This document shows positions 43,501 to 53,487 of a stretch of DNA of 64,000 nt, piece after piece. A program made the position numbers and the translations under genes. The notes under the pieces are model-generated. The model was given only the letters and a program-made list of their open reading frames with translations, did not search any database and had not been told where the DNA came from. Each line of letters begins with the position of its first letter. Position 1 is the stretch's first letter. Source of the stretch: Antechinus flavipes (Eukaryota); assembly GCF_016432865.1 (NCBI RefSeq), contig NC_067403.1, positions 257,362,001-257,426,000 on the forward strand, written 5' to 3'.

Positions 43501-46500
43501 CCCTGATGTCGGGGTCCCCTTCTAGAACCCCTTTATTCCACCGGGGAAACTGAGGCCCAGGAGCCTCCCGGCTTGCACTGCCCATGCCTGAGGGCTCAGC
43601 TCCCCCCCTCCTCTTCTAGGGGCTTCTCTGTGACATCTGGAGGTCAAACGTGCATCTTCAAGCCCATCTCCATACAGACTATGTGGTGAGAAGGAGAAGT
43701 GGGGGCTGGGACAGAGCTTGGGTGGGGGCGGGGAGGCCTGGTCTACTCCTCTCAGAGCGACCACAGCTTCCCTGGGAGTCAATGAGTCACAAAAGCCCAG
43801 ATGTCTGTTGAGCAAGAGAAGAGGGAACTGGGACAGCCCAGCCTTTGTTTCGCCTTCTCACCCCTGGATGGAGCAGCAGCAGATGCTGGGGGCCTGCCCA
43901 GTCCCTCTGCTCCGGTCAGCCGCCCGCTCTGATTGTGTCTCCGCCCCCCCCCCCCAGGAACCCTCCAGGGCTGATCGTGTCCCCCCCCCCCCCCCAGGAA
44001 CCCTCCAGGGCTCCCTGTGGCCTCTGACCCCTTGCCTCCCTCCGGACGTGGGGGAGCTCCCCCTCCTCTCGGAATTGCTTCCTGTTGGTTCCGCAGGAGC
44101 TTCCTCCTGGTCCCGTTAGGCTCGGGCAGGGCCCGCCTTCTGCCCCGGGTCCCAGAGCTTGGCCCGGGCCAGCACCCAGGGCTGAGGCTTCCTCCTGCGC
44201 GTTTCTCGCACCCAGGGCCACCCTCCAGATGCTGCATCAGGCCTGCGAGACGGCCCTGGGCCACGGGCTGGTGCCCGGAGGCAGCGCCCTTGCCTGGACT
44301 GGCTACTACCAGGAACGAATCACCTCCGACCAGGGCTGCCTCAACGAGTGGCTGGCCATGGCCGACCTGGAGTCCCTGCGCTCCCAGCTGCCCAGCACGG
44401 ACGCCAGCGGGTCAGTGCCCGGGGCGGGCAGGAAGCGGCCCCCCAGGCTGGAGGGCGTGGGGGGCACGAGGGGAGAGCTGGGCCTGGGGCCCCTGGTCTG
44501 ATGGGCCCCTGGTCTGATGGGCCCCATCCACAGGCACTCAGAGCAAGAGCAGATGGAGCGGCTCATCCGGGCCGAGCTGTGGGGGGTGCTGGACACCAGC
44601 GACCTGGAAAGTGTCACCTCCAAAGAGGTAAGGGGGGTGAAGCCGAAGGGACCAGCTGCAACTGGCCCCCTGTAGCCGGGGACGCCCCAAACCCGGCAGG
44701 GAAGGTTCCACGTCACAGACCCCTTTCCTCCACTACGCTCCTGCCCCCGGAAGCCTTCGCCGTGGCCCCTGGGGAGACTCAGAGCTTGGGGCCCGTCCGC
44801 TCCCCCTCCCCCGGGGCCCGGCCAGGCCCAGGGCCGCCCCCTGCAGCTCGGCCCCCTTCTCCAGATTCGCCAGGCCCTCGAGGGCCGCCTGGGCTGCCCC
44901 CTGCAGCAGTACCGAGACTTCATCGATAACCAGATGCTGGTGCTCATGGCCCAGCGGGATCGAGCCTCACACATCTTCCCCCACCTGTACCTGGTGAGCT
45001 TGCCTCCGACTGGGGCCGGGCGCGGGGCTTGGGGGTGGGGGCAGGGAGGCCGTTACCCACCCCCCCCTTCTCCACAGGGCTCCGAGTGGAACGCAGCCAA
45101 CCTGGACGAACTGCAGAGGAACCAGTAAGTACCCGGGCTACAGGCCCGCTGGCACCTGCCGGACCCATCCCCTCGGCTGACACCAGGGAGACTGAGGCCT
45201 GAGGCTCCTGCCCCCGCCCTAGCCCTGCCCGGGCCTGGCCCGCACCGCTCTCCCGCCCACTCCCAGCCTCTTTGAGCCGGCACTCTCCTGCCACAGCCAT
45301 GGTGCTCTCTCCAACCTCCTGCCTCGTAGGAGCCTTGTCCTCCTTCTGGCTCCTTTGCCATCCTGTCTTCCTTCAGTCCCCAAGGGAAGACCTAGCTTAG
45401 AGTCCCCAGGCCTAGAGCCCTGACACAGTTTCTCTTGCTGCCCCTTCCAAAGGGGGCAGGATGTGGCCACTAACTGTCTGCCTGTGGGCATGAGTCCTCC
45501 TCTCGGCCAGGCGACAGCGGGAGTGCTCCTCCTAGTGTCTGGCGCCGGTCACAGAGCAGTGAACAAAAATGCCCGCCCGGAGCCGGCTTTGTGAAATAGG
45601 GGAGCATTGGAGCGGTACGGGCGGGGGAGACCCGGGAGCAGAGGCCCAGAACTGGAAGGCACTTGGCCAAGACCACGCGGTGTGGCACGAGGGGCACCAG
45701 CCCCCGGTTCTGCCCCGGCGCCGACTATGTGGGCAGCCTCGCGAGGCCTCAGTTTCTCCTTTGTAAAACATGGGGCTCGGCCCAGATGGCGCTAGAGGAG
45801 GGCACCTGGTTTAAGAACCCATACTCGGTGGCTCCCAGGCTGGTTCTCTTGCCATTGATTGCAGCAGCTGCCTTTGCCTTGTCTGTAAGAAAACCTTAAC
45901 AGGGCCGCTAGGGGGCGCAGTGGATGGAGCCCCAGTCCTGAAGTCAGGAGGACCCGAGTTCAAATCTGATCTCAGACACTTAGCGCTTCCTGGCTGCGTG
46001 ACCCTGGGCAAGTCATTTAACCCCAACTGCCTCAGGAAAAAAAAACCTTAACAGGGATACCCTGTTTCTGCTCCTCAGTTATTTCTGGGAACGCCCTGTG
46101 CCTTTGCCACATTAATCTTTTCACTGGCATTTCAACAAAAACTCAGTTTGCTAGTGGAGATCTAAAGAGGTTTGGGCATCCCCCTCCCCCTCCCCTCCCC
46201 CGGGGACCTTCCCTCCAGGGAACGTCCCTCCAGGCCTGCCCAGCGGGGCCTCCCTGGCCCGGACTCCCTCAGGCCCAGACTAAGGCCTCGGCTTCTCCGG
46301 GGCAGGGTCAGCCACATCCTGAACGTGGCCAGAGAGATCGACAACTTCTTCCCGGGACTCTTCACCTACCACAACGTTCGGCTTTGGGACGAGGAGACGG
46401 AGCAGCTCCTGCCTCATTGGAAGGAAACTCATCGCTTCATCGAGGCCGCCCGGTGGGTGCCCCCTCCCAGCCCCGCCCCTCCGGCCTGGGCCAGTCAGAC

Positions 46501-48512
46501 GTCCCACCGCCGTCCCTGCCCCCGCTGCAGCCCCCGCCTCCGCAGCGCTCGTGGCCCTTAGCCCCCCATGCCCCCCCTTTCTCAGCACCCCCAGCACAGC
46601 CTCATGCCCCCCACCCCCCGTTATACTGTCTGGGCCTCTGGTCTGGGCCCAGCCGGGCCGATGGTGGGGGGCTGACCAGGAGGCCCCTCCCCGCACAGGG
46701 CCCAGGGCTCCCGGGTGCTGGTGCATTGCAAGATGGGCGTGAGCCGCTCGGCCGCCACCGTCATGGCCTACGCCATGAAGCAGTACAGCTGGGGCCTGGA
46801 GCAGGCCCTCCGGCACGTGCAGGAGCTGCGCCCCATCGCCCGGCCCAACCCCGGCTTCCTCCGGCAGCTGCACACCTACCAGGGCATCCTCACGGCCAGG
46901 TACCGGCCTGGGGGCATGGGGGGAGGGCGGCGAGAGCAGGCGGCACAGCGCGGTCACCGGGGGCACAGGGCACGGGGGGGGGGGGGAGCAGGTGGCACAG
47001 CGCAGTCACCGAGGGCACAGGGCACCGGGGGGGGAGCAGACGGGACAGCAGGTCACCGGGGGCACAGGGCACTGGGGGGGAGCAGGCGGCACAGCGCGGT
47101 CACCGGGGGCACAGGGCACGGGGGGGGGGGGCAGAGCAGGTGGGATGGCGCGGTCACCGGGGGCACAGGGCACTGGGGGGGGGAGCAGACGGGACAGCGC
47201 GGTCACCGGGGGCACAGGGACTGGGGGGGAGCAGGCGGCACAGCGCGGTCACCGGGGGCACAGGGCACTGGGGGGGGGCAGAGCAGGTGGGATGGCGCGG
47301 TCACGGGGGCACAGGGCACTGGGGGGGGGAGCAGACGGGACAGCGCGGTCACGGGGGCACAGGGACTGGGGGGGAGCAGGCGGCACAGCGCGGTCACGGG
47401 GGCACAGGGCACTGGGGGGGGGCAGAGCAGGTGGGATGGCGCGGTCACCGGGGGCACAGGGCACTGGTGGGGGGGAGCAGGCGGCACAGCGCAGTCACGG
47501 GGGCACAGGGCACGGGGTGGGGGGGGCAGTCACCGCACTTCCTTCCTTCTAGCCGCCAGAGCCACGTCTGGGAGCAGAAGGCGGGCGGCACGACCCCCCC
47601 CGAGGAACCTCTGGCTCCAGACGCCTCCTGGCTGCCCCCCGTATCCCCCCGGGAGCCAGGGGGCAGCGGGGACTGGAAGGCCGCAGGCGGGGAGGAGCCG
47701 CAGGTGGTGCCCAGAGAAGAAGCCGGCCGTGGAGGGCCAGGCCCCCGGACCCGCATGGACCTCCGGGGCATCATGAGGTCCATCAGCCTGCTGGAGCCGC
47801 CGGACCTGGGGAACCCTCCTGACACCGGCGATCTGCCTGAGGTGAGGAGCCGGGCCCCCTGGGAGCCACCAGGGCTGGCAGAGCCAGGAGAGTTCTCAGC
47901 GGCTTTTCCAGGCCCCAGCTTGTGGAGGCCGTGAGGGCTCGCTCTGTGCCCCCGGAGCCGCAGGTTTCTCAGGCCTGTTCCAGACCAGTGCAATCCTGGG
48001 CTGGAGCAGCGGCAACAGCGGGAGTGCTCCCCCTAGTGTCTGGAGCCGGGGTACAGATGGAGGGGCGCCCCCGGGCAGTTGGTGGCCAGGAGTGGGCAGC
48101 GCCAGCCGGGCCGGGCCCTCGTGGCCGGGTCGGAGATGGGGGGGGGGGGTGAAGGCCTTGCCGGGGAGACAGGACCATGGGGGGCAGGGGGGCTCCTGGA
48201 GGCGGGAGCGAGATGGCCCCGACCCCCCGTGGCGCTGACTTTCGGCCTCTGCCCTTCCAGGTGTTCTCCTCGTCTCCCAGCGACTCCTCCGAGGAGGCTC
48301 CTCACCAGCCTGCACAGGGCCAAGGGCCGCGGCCTGCCCTCTTCTCCCGGAAGTCCGTGGCCGCCTTGCACAGCGCGGCCCTGGTGGCCAACCGGAGCCA
48401 GGCCTTCCGGAGCCAGGCCCAGGGGGAGCCCGCGGCCGGGGCCAAGCCGAGAGCCCGCAGGGTGACGAGACAGGCCAGCGTGGACAGCAGCGGGGAAGAG
48501 GGAGGGCCCTGA
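40479..48512 (+). CDS. SSH3: Protein phosphatase Slingshot homolog 3, 14 exons, 652 aa
   Basis: MALVTVSRSP, RRQSFAVLRGAVLGLQ, SSH-N domain (CTLGLVLPLWSDTQVYLDGDGGFSVTSGG), DEK-C-like region, DSP catalytic motif HCKMGVSRS, C-terminal RQASV. Phases consistent, 1959 nt. Confidence 0.97.
41155..41195 (+). CDS. SSH3: SSH3 exon 2
   Basis: ggcag|DEGPSRRRSQLQR(R)|gtgagg; 41 nt, phase-compatible. Confidence 0.9.
41417..41657 (+). CDS. SSH3: SSH3 exon 3
   Basis: ggcag|QSFAVLRGAVLGLQ..EQGRHLHLMVGLLRPQDNIQL|gtgaga. Confidence 0.95.
42910..43028 (+). CDS. SSH3: SSH3 exon 4
   Basis: cccag|AVQLEPTRPQWLRYLLVVSTSELPSQGETVLLGVDFSQS(S)|gtaggg. Confidence 0.95.
43109..43180 (+). CDS. SSH3: SSH3 exon 5
   Basis: ctcag|PPSCTLGLVLPLWSDTQVYLDGD(G)|gtgaga. 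Confidence 0.96.
43620..43685 (+). CDS. SSH3: SSH3 exon 6
   Basis: tctag|GFSVTSGGQTCIFKPISIQTM(W)|gtgaga. Confidence 0.96.
43932..44012. repeat. ~42-nt tandem duplication with poly(C) (tgat.gtgtc(C)n aggaaccctccagggc) x2
   Basis: Read directly. Confidence 0.85.
44216..44410 (+). CDS. SSH3: SSH3 exon 7
   Basis: cccag|ATLQMLHQACETALGHGLVPGGSALAWTGYYQERITSDQGCLNEWLAMADLESLRSQLPSTDAS(G)|gtcagt. Confidence 0.95.
44534..44627 (+). CDS. SSH3: SSH3 exon 8
   Basis: cacag|HSEQEQMERLIRAELWGVLDTSDLESVTSKE|gtaagg. Confidence 0.96.
44865..44993 (+). CDS. SSH3: SSH3 exon 9
   Basis: tccag|IRQALEGRLGCPLQQYRDFIDNQMLVLMAQRDRASHIFPHLYL|gtgagc. Confidence 0.96.
45078..45124 (+). CDS. SSH3: SSH3 exon 10
   Basis: cacag|GSEWNAANLDELQRN(Q)|gtaagt. 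Confidence 0.96.
45902..46041 (+). mobile_element. WSINE1-like SINE with target-site duplication aaaaccttaaca (45890-45901 / 46042-46053)
   Basis: Full-length body with A/B-box-like head, short A tail and a perfect 12-bp TSD. Confidence 0.9.
46306..46452 (+). CDS. SSH3: SSH3 exon 11
   Basis: ggcag|VSHILNVAREIDNFFPGLFTYHNVRLWDEETEQLLPHWKETHRFIEAA(R)|gtgggt. Confidence 0.96.
46699..46899 (+). CDS. SSH3: SSH3 exon 12 (catalytic loop)
   Basis: cacag|AQGSRVLVHCKMGVSRSAATVMAYAMKQYSWGLEQALRHVQELRPIARPNPGFLRQLHTYQGILTA(S)|gtaccg. Confidence 0.97.
46925..47530. repeat. G-rich minisatellite, ~48-52-nt unit x~12, SSH3 intron 12
   Basis: gagcaggcggcacagcgcggtcaccgggggcacagggcact(G)n and variants. Confidence 0.95.
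47553..47841 (+). CDS. SSH3: SSH3 exon 13
   Basis: tctag|RQSHVWEQKAGG..GPRTRMDLRGIMRSISLLEP..TGDLPE|gtgagg. Confidence 0.94.
48261..48512 (+). CDS. SSH3: SSH3 exon 14 (terminal coding part)
   Basis: tccag|VFSSSPSDSSEE..SRKSVAALHSAALVANRSQAF..RRVTRQASVDSSGEEGGP*. Confidence 0.94.
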   Translation: MFSSSPSDSSEEAPHQPAQGQGPRPALFSRKSVAALHSAALVANRSQAFRSQAQGEPAAGAKPRARRVTRQASVDSSGEEGGP

Positions 48513-49112
48513 GCCTGGGCCAAACACTAAAGAGGGGACCCCTGCCCCCCCCCACAGCTCCCTCCTCCCACCCAGCCCTCGCCCCTCCCACCCTGAGGGT
48601 GCCCGACTCCCCCAGGCCCAGAGCTCACTTCTCCCCATGTTCATCTGGGGAAGGGGCGTCAGCACAGGGCGGGAGGGGGATTTTCATCTGTCCTTCAGCT
48701 CTCAAAGATCCAACCTTGGGCCCCCAGACCCCTCCCCCTCCCCCAAGCCTCCAGTGACCTGTGGTTTTCCAACCTTCCTAAGCTTAAGATTTAACCAGAA
48801 CCTCAAAGGGTCAGGGAGCGGCCCCCAAGGGAGCGGCCCCCAAGGACAGATTTTCTTATCATCAGACGAGGCGTTTCAGCCGGGACACCCAGGGTCAGAG
48901 GCCCAACTGCCTGTCCCGGCCCCCCCTTCACAACTGACTCCCATCTCTCCCCACGGGCCCGGACGGAGAAGCCTCCGGAGGCCAACGGTGGCGGGAGCGC
49001 CGTCCCCGGGACACTCGGTCACTGCCGGGCTGCCGGGACCTGAATCTCCAGGCAACGGGCCGGGGAAAGCCGGGGCGTCTTTTCCACGTACATGCTGGCA
49101 CATGCGTGTGTT

Positions 49113-49113
<1 letters not shown>

Positions 49114-49154
<41 letters not shown>
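49114..49154. repeat. (CA)n microsatellite in the SSH3 3' UTR
   Basis: Read directly. Confidence 0.95.
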
Positions 49155-49156
<2 letters not shown>

Positions 49157-49222
49157 CCCCCCATCCTCATTAGCTAGTCAGTATTTTCTACGATCTTTTA
49201 ATTCTATGGCTTTTTATTTAGG

Positions 49223-49228
49223 AATAAA
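49223..49228 (+). terminator. SSH3 polyadenylation signal AATAAA (ATTAAA at 49239-49244)
   Basis: Canonical hexamer in an AU-rich block ~710 nt after the stop, followed by U-rich sequence. Confidence 0.75.
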
Positions 49229-50885
49229 CAAGTTTCATATTAAATTATTTTTTATTTTATGGCACGTTTTATCATAGTGGATTCAACAAGTGGACCTTAG
49301 CTTTTGGCTGATTCTGGGCTTTATTGGATCCGTTTTTCTTGGCTCCTCCCGATCTCCACTTGCCTCTTCACCGGTCGTATTCCCTCCGTCGGCCAGCATT
49401 TATTAATTGCTTACGGTATACCAGCATCTCGCTAGGTTTCAGAAGTATACAAAACAAAACCGAACCCAGATCCTGCCGTCGAAAAGCTTTTATTCTTTGG
49501 GGAAAAATAACAAATGTGGCTGAAATGTGGGGGCCCCTCCCTGGGCCGCGGGTGACAGACCCAAAGGCTCCCTTCTCTTTCCTTCCCTCAGGTCAGAGGT
49601 GACATCGGAGTCCTTTTCCCAAAAAGGAGTCACGAGGCCTTTGAAGGGAACGATGTGCTACAGAGGGAAGGGCTTGGGTGGCCAAGGACCCGGATTCTAA
49701 TTCTGGTTACCTGAGTGACTCTGGGAAATCTGCTTCCCCCACTGAGCCTCGGGTTCCAATTTGTAAGAGAGGCTTGGCCTAGATAGCCGCTGGGGAGGGT
49801 CCTATGGAGGCTCCCCCAGAATTCCCGACAGCCTCTGCTCTCACGGGAGCCTCCCCCCTCAGGGAGAAATGTCGGTTGGTGATTCTTCAACTCCTCCTTA
49901 TCAGAACTAGACTATGCCGACTTTACAAGGCGGGCCCGGCTCTTCTGGCTAATGATTACTAGCAATAAAGATAAGAGCTCTCGGGTTTGAACCAGGCGCT
50001 TTGTGTGACGGGATGAGCCAGGCTCAGAGGGCCGGGGTTCAAATGCTGACTGCTGGGACCTCGGTGACGTTTGAGATGGCCCCCGAACCTCCCCCGGCCT
50101 TAGTTTCCCCATCTGTAAGATGAGGAGAATTGGCCTAAATGGCTTCCGAGGCCGCCCAGCTCCGCATCTAGAACCCCCAGAACTTGCACTTGCAGAGAAC
50201 TCGCTAAAGACCTTTCACCCCAGTCACCCAACGTACTTCAAAGGGCCCCGATATAATCCGTGGCTACTCCTCCCCCTCCCCCAGCTCTGCGACCAGCTAG
50301 GGAAATAAAAGGGAAAGTTCCCCCCGGGGCAAGAAGCCTGTCCCAGGCCCGCCCAGGGCCAAGCTCAGGCCACTGTGGATCCCATACTTGGCCCCTAACT
50401 CAGCAGGCGCAGCCTGATAAATCTCAGGGTCACCTCCAGACGGGGAAGGGAAAACGTCACTAGCTTAAGGCCGCCCGTTCCCGGGGAGGTGGAGAAGGGA
50501 GATCATCGGGCTGGGAGCCCAAAGGCCTGGTCTGCACCTTTCCTCCATAACCGGGGGTGGTTCCTGAACCTCGGGGTCTCAGTTTTGTCCCCCGGAAAAT
50601 GGGGTTAGTTACGGCAATGTCTACCTGGGGAGTAAGGGGAGAAAACATCAGCGGGAGCTCTGCCGGGCTGCTTCCCCGGGACTTTTCTAGCTCACCCTCC
50701 ACACCCATTGGGCCCTAGGAGAGAATTCAGCCCTGGAGGCCAGAAAGTGGGGGGATCCTTTCCGAGGGGAACAGGGAGGTGGTAAGGGTGAGACCCAGGG
50801 AGCACGTGGGTGTGAGTGAGTGTGTGAGTGTGGATAGTACAGACTATCTGGGAGAGGTCAGGGATCTTCCAGGAGCAAGTGTCCC

Positions 50886-51030
50886 GAGGAGGAGGGGGAG
50901 GAGGGGAAGGAGGAGTAGGGGGAGGGGTAGGAGGGGAAAGGGGGGAGGAGGGGAGGAGGGAAAGGAGAAAGAGGGGGAAAAGGGGGAGGGAGAGAAAGAG
51001 GGGGAGGGGAAGAGGAGGAGGAGGAGGAGA
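50886..51030. repeat. Polypurine (GA-rich) tract
   Basis: Read directly. Confidence 0.9.
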
Positions 51031-51329
51031 TGAGCCCCTGGCTCTGGTTCCAGGACTTCTCACTAACAACCCCCCTCTTCCTCTTGGTGCTCTGTCTGTA
51101 GGTTGCCAGCCCCCTCCCAGCCTTGGGCCCTTCTGGGTCCCATGAGGGCTGCTCTCGCTCCCTCCCAGACTCCAGCCCTGGCTCCCGCCTCTTTTATGTT
51201 CCCGGTGATCTCATCTCGCCTTCAATGGTGCCCAAAGGCTCTCTGCCCCTCCCCCCTCAGAGCTCTCCCGGATGGGGGCACCCCAACTTTTCCCCAAAGT
51301 GAAAGCAGCGGCTGCCCCCAAACCGGCTC

Positions 51330-52260
51330 CTCCTCCATCTTCCCGCCTCCCCCCAACGCGCTCCTCTCAGATCAGACTCGGGGGAACGTCCGCCCTGGAG
51401 GGGCCCACGCTGCAAGACCCGCCGTCCGTGTCCCGGAAAGCCTCGGAGACCCCCGGGAGCTCGGGAGCTTTGTCCTGCGCTCCGGCCTTTCTGCAGGGAG
51501 GCCGCCCCGGGGAGAGGCCGGAGGAAGCCTGAGATCCGGAGCCAGGAGGCCGCGCTCAAGGCTGGCTCTGCCCTCCCTCGGGCGTCCGGAGGCCCCGGTT
51601 CTCCAGAGTCCGCGTCCCCTTCGGTAAAACTGATAATAACGCACGGCTCAGGGACGGGCCCCGGGATCCTCCGGGATCCGGACGGGCCACTAACTCCTCC
51701 GGGCCTCAGTTTCTCCCCCTGTAAAATGAGGACAAAGGTGCATTTGTCTCCTGTAAACACCGTTCATCGTGACATGGGGGGACCGGGCGCTTCACTCCGC
51801 CCCGAATCCTCCTGGATGGTTCTCTGCAGCAACTAGCCCGAAGCCCCGCCCATAGTGGGCTGGGCTACAGAAAGCCCCACCCCCTTCTCCGCCTCCGGTC
51901 CCACGCCTTCCACAGCTCTTGAACGCCACCTTGCGTCGGAACTGCGCGGTCGACAGTCCCACGAACTTCATGTCCCAGCATACAGCGGATCCTCGGGCAA
52001 GACGCAAGCGCAGACGCAAAGGACGCCCTCGTTACCATCCCATCCCAGCATCCCGGCTGAGGTGCTGGGGAGCCCGGGCTTAGACCAGGCCCGGCCGGGA
52101 TGGAGGGGAGGCCGGGGAGGAGGAGCGACGTGAACCCGAGCCGATCCAGGGGTCCTCTCCAAGCGTGATTGGTGTAGCGGCCACCACAGCGCCCCGTGTG
52201 GGTTGGAGGGCTAGCGCCCAGGCGAGTGGGCGAGTGAGCAGGCCCAACCCCGTAGCGCCG
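51330..52260. promoter_or_regulatory. Orphan CpG island with promoter-type motifs
   Basis: CpG-dense; ZNF143/SBS-like ACTTCATGTCCCAGCATAC (51965-51983); donor-like CGA|GTGAGC at 52234; no CDS recognised. Confidence 0.5.
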
Positions 52261-52315
52261 AAGGGAGGGCCCAGAGTGCTTTGCGCATTTTATTCAGAAG
52301 AAGAAACCGGGACAA

Positions 52316-52413
52316 ACTTACTAGTGTCTGAGGCTGCATTTGAACTCAGGAAGATGAGGCTTCCAGACCCCAGTCCTGGTCCTTTATCCACGGTGGTGGT
52401 CACCCAGCTGCCC
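52316..52413 (-). mobile_element. CORE-SINE/WSINE 5' fragment
   Basis: ctagtgtctgaggctgcatttgaactcagg..ctttatccac..cccagctgccc. Confidence 0.75.
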
Positions 52414-52789
52414 AGGGCTTCAAATCTTAAAAACCTCAAAAAATCTTTTAAAAGCCCAAAGCGCTTAACATACAGTATGTGTTTATGTTGCATTTTATAC
52501 TGCTATTTACATTTACATTCACGTTTATATTTAGTCACAAGATTTTGACCCATTCTTTAACCTTTACCATGAAACCACACTTCTACCATATTAAGTGTCC
52601 TTTGATCGCTTATTTTTCATCTTTCCTTGATTAGATAGTCCAATTTAAACATTATTGTCCTGAAAAAAATCCCAATTGAACAAATCTCCCAAATTGAATA
52701 GTTCCACACACAAAGGAAATCATAAAAGGGATCGTATATGAAACTGAATTTTATTTTCTCCCGGAACCTGCCTTAACTCATTTAATTTT

Positions 52790-52960
52790 AGTGTCTTCCC
52801 TTTGTGAATTATTTCCTATTTATTTTGTCTAGAACTTATTTATATCTGCTTGTTTGTTTCCTCTCCCATTACACTGGAAACTCCTTGAGGGCAGGAACTA
52901 ACTTTTGCCTCTTTTTTAGCATCCCACAGTACCCAGCACATAGTAGGCACTTAATAAAAG
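52790..52960 (+). mobile_element. L2 3' end
   Basis: aaactccttgagggcaggaac..cccagcacatagtaggcacttaataaa. Confidence 0.8.
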
Positions 52961-53267
52961 GCAGTTATTAACTGATCAGCTGACAATTTCTATCCCGTGT
53001 TGCTTGCTTTTTAAAAGTACATAAAATAAATTTGACATGTTACTTTCAGAAGTGCCCTGTCTGGGCTTCCTTTTCAAGTTCTCTTATGTGAATTTTATTT
53101 TGTTTTTTGAAACGTGCTTCTTAGTTTATTTTTCTTTTTGTCAATGAACAAGCATTAATTTTCTCTTTCTCCTACCTCTTCAGAGTAAGTAATCATTAAC
53201 TATATCCCCCATTAAAAAAAAATACATATGCTTACGTCACCCATGGGGTAACTGCAACTACCCTATT

Positions 53268-53487
53268 AGCACAGTAAATTGAGTATCAGAGCTGGAGTCA
53301 AGAAGACTCAGCTTGCTGAGTTCAAATTCGATTTCAGACACTAGCTATGTGCCTAGGCAAGTCACTTCTTTGTTCTCCTCAGCTTCTTCATCTGCAAAAT
53401 GAGCTGGAGAAGGAACTGGCAAACCACTCCAGAATCTCTGCCAAGAGAGCTCCAAATGAGATCGTGAAGAGTGAGATGCAACAACAA
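53268..53487 (+). mobile_element. Mar1/MIR-type CORE-SINE
   Basis: gagttcaaatt..ggcaagtcactt..tgcaaaatgagctggagaaggaactggcaaaccactccag..gtgaagagt. Confidence 0.8.

Noticed and set aside
13064-46041. tRNA-like heads with A/B boxes (ggcgcagtgg..gagttcaaat)
   Set aside because: They continue into CORE-SINE bodies with A tails and TSDs; these are SINEs, not tRNA genes.
46384-47934. 516-aa ORF and overlapping 353-aa and 186-aa ORFs
   Set aside because: Artefacts of a stop-free G-rich VNTR joined to SSH3 exons; low-complexity translation.
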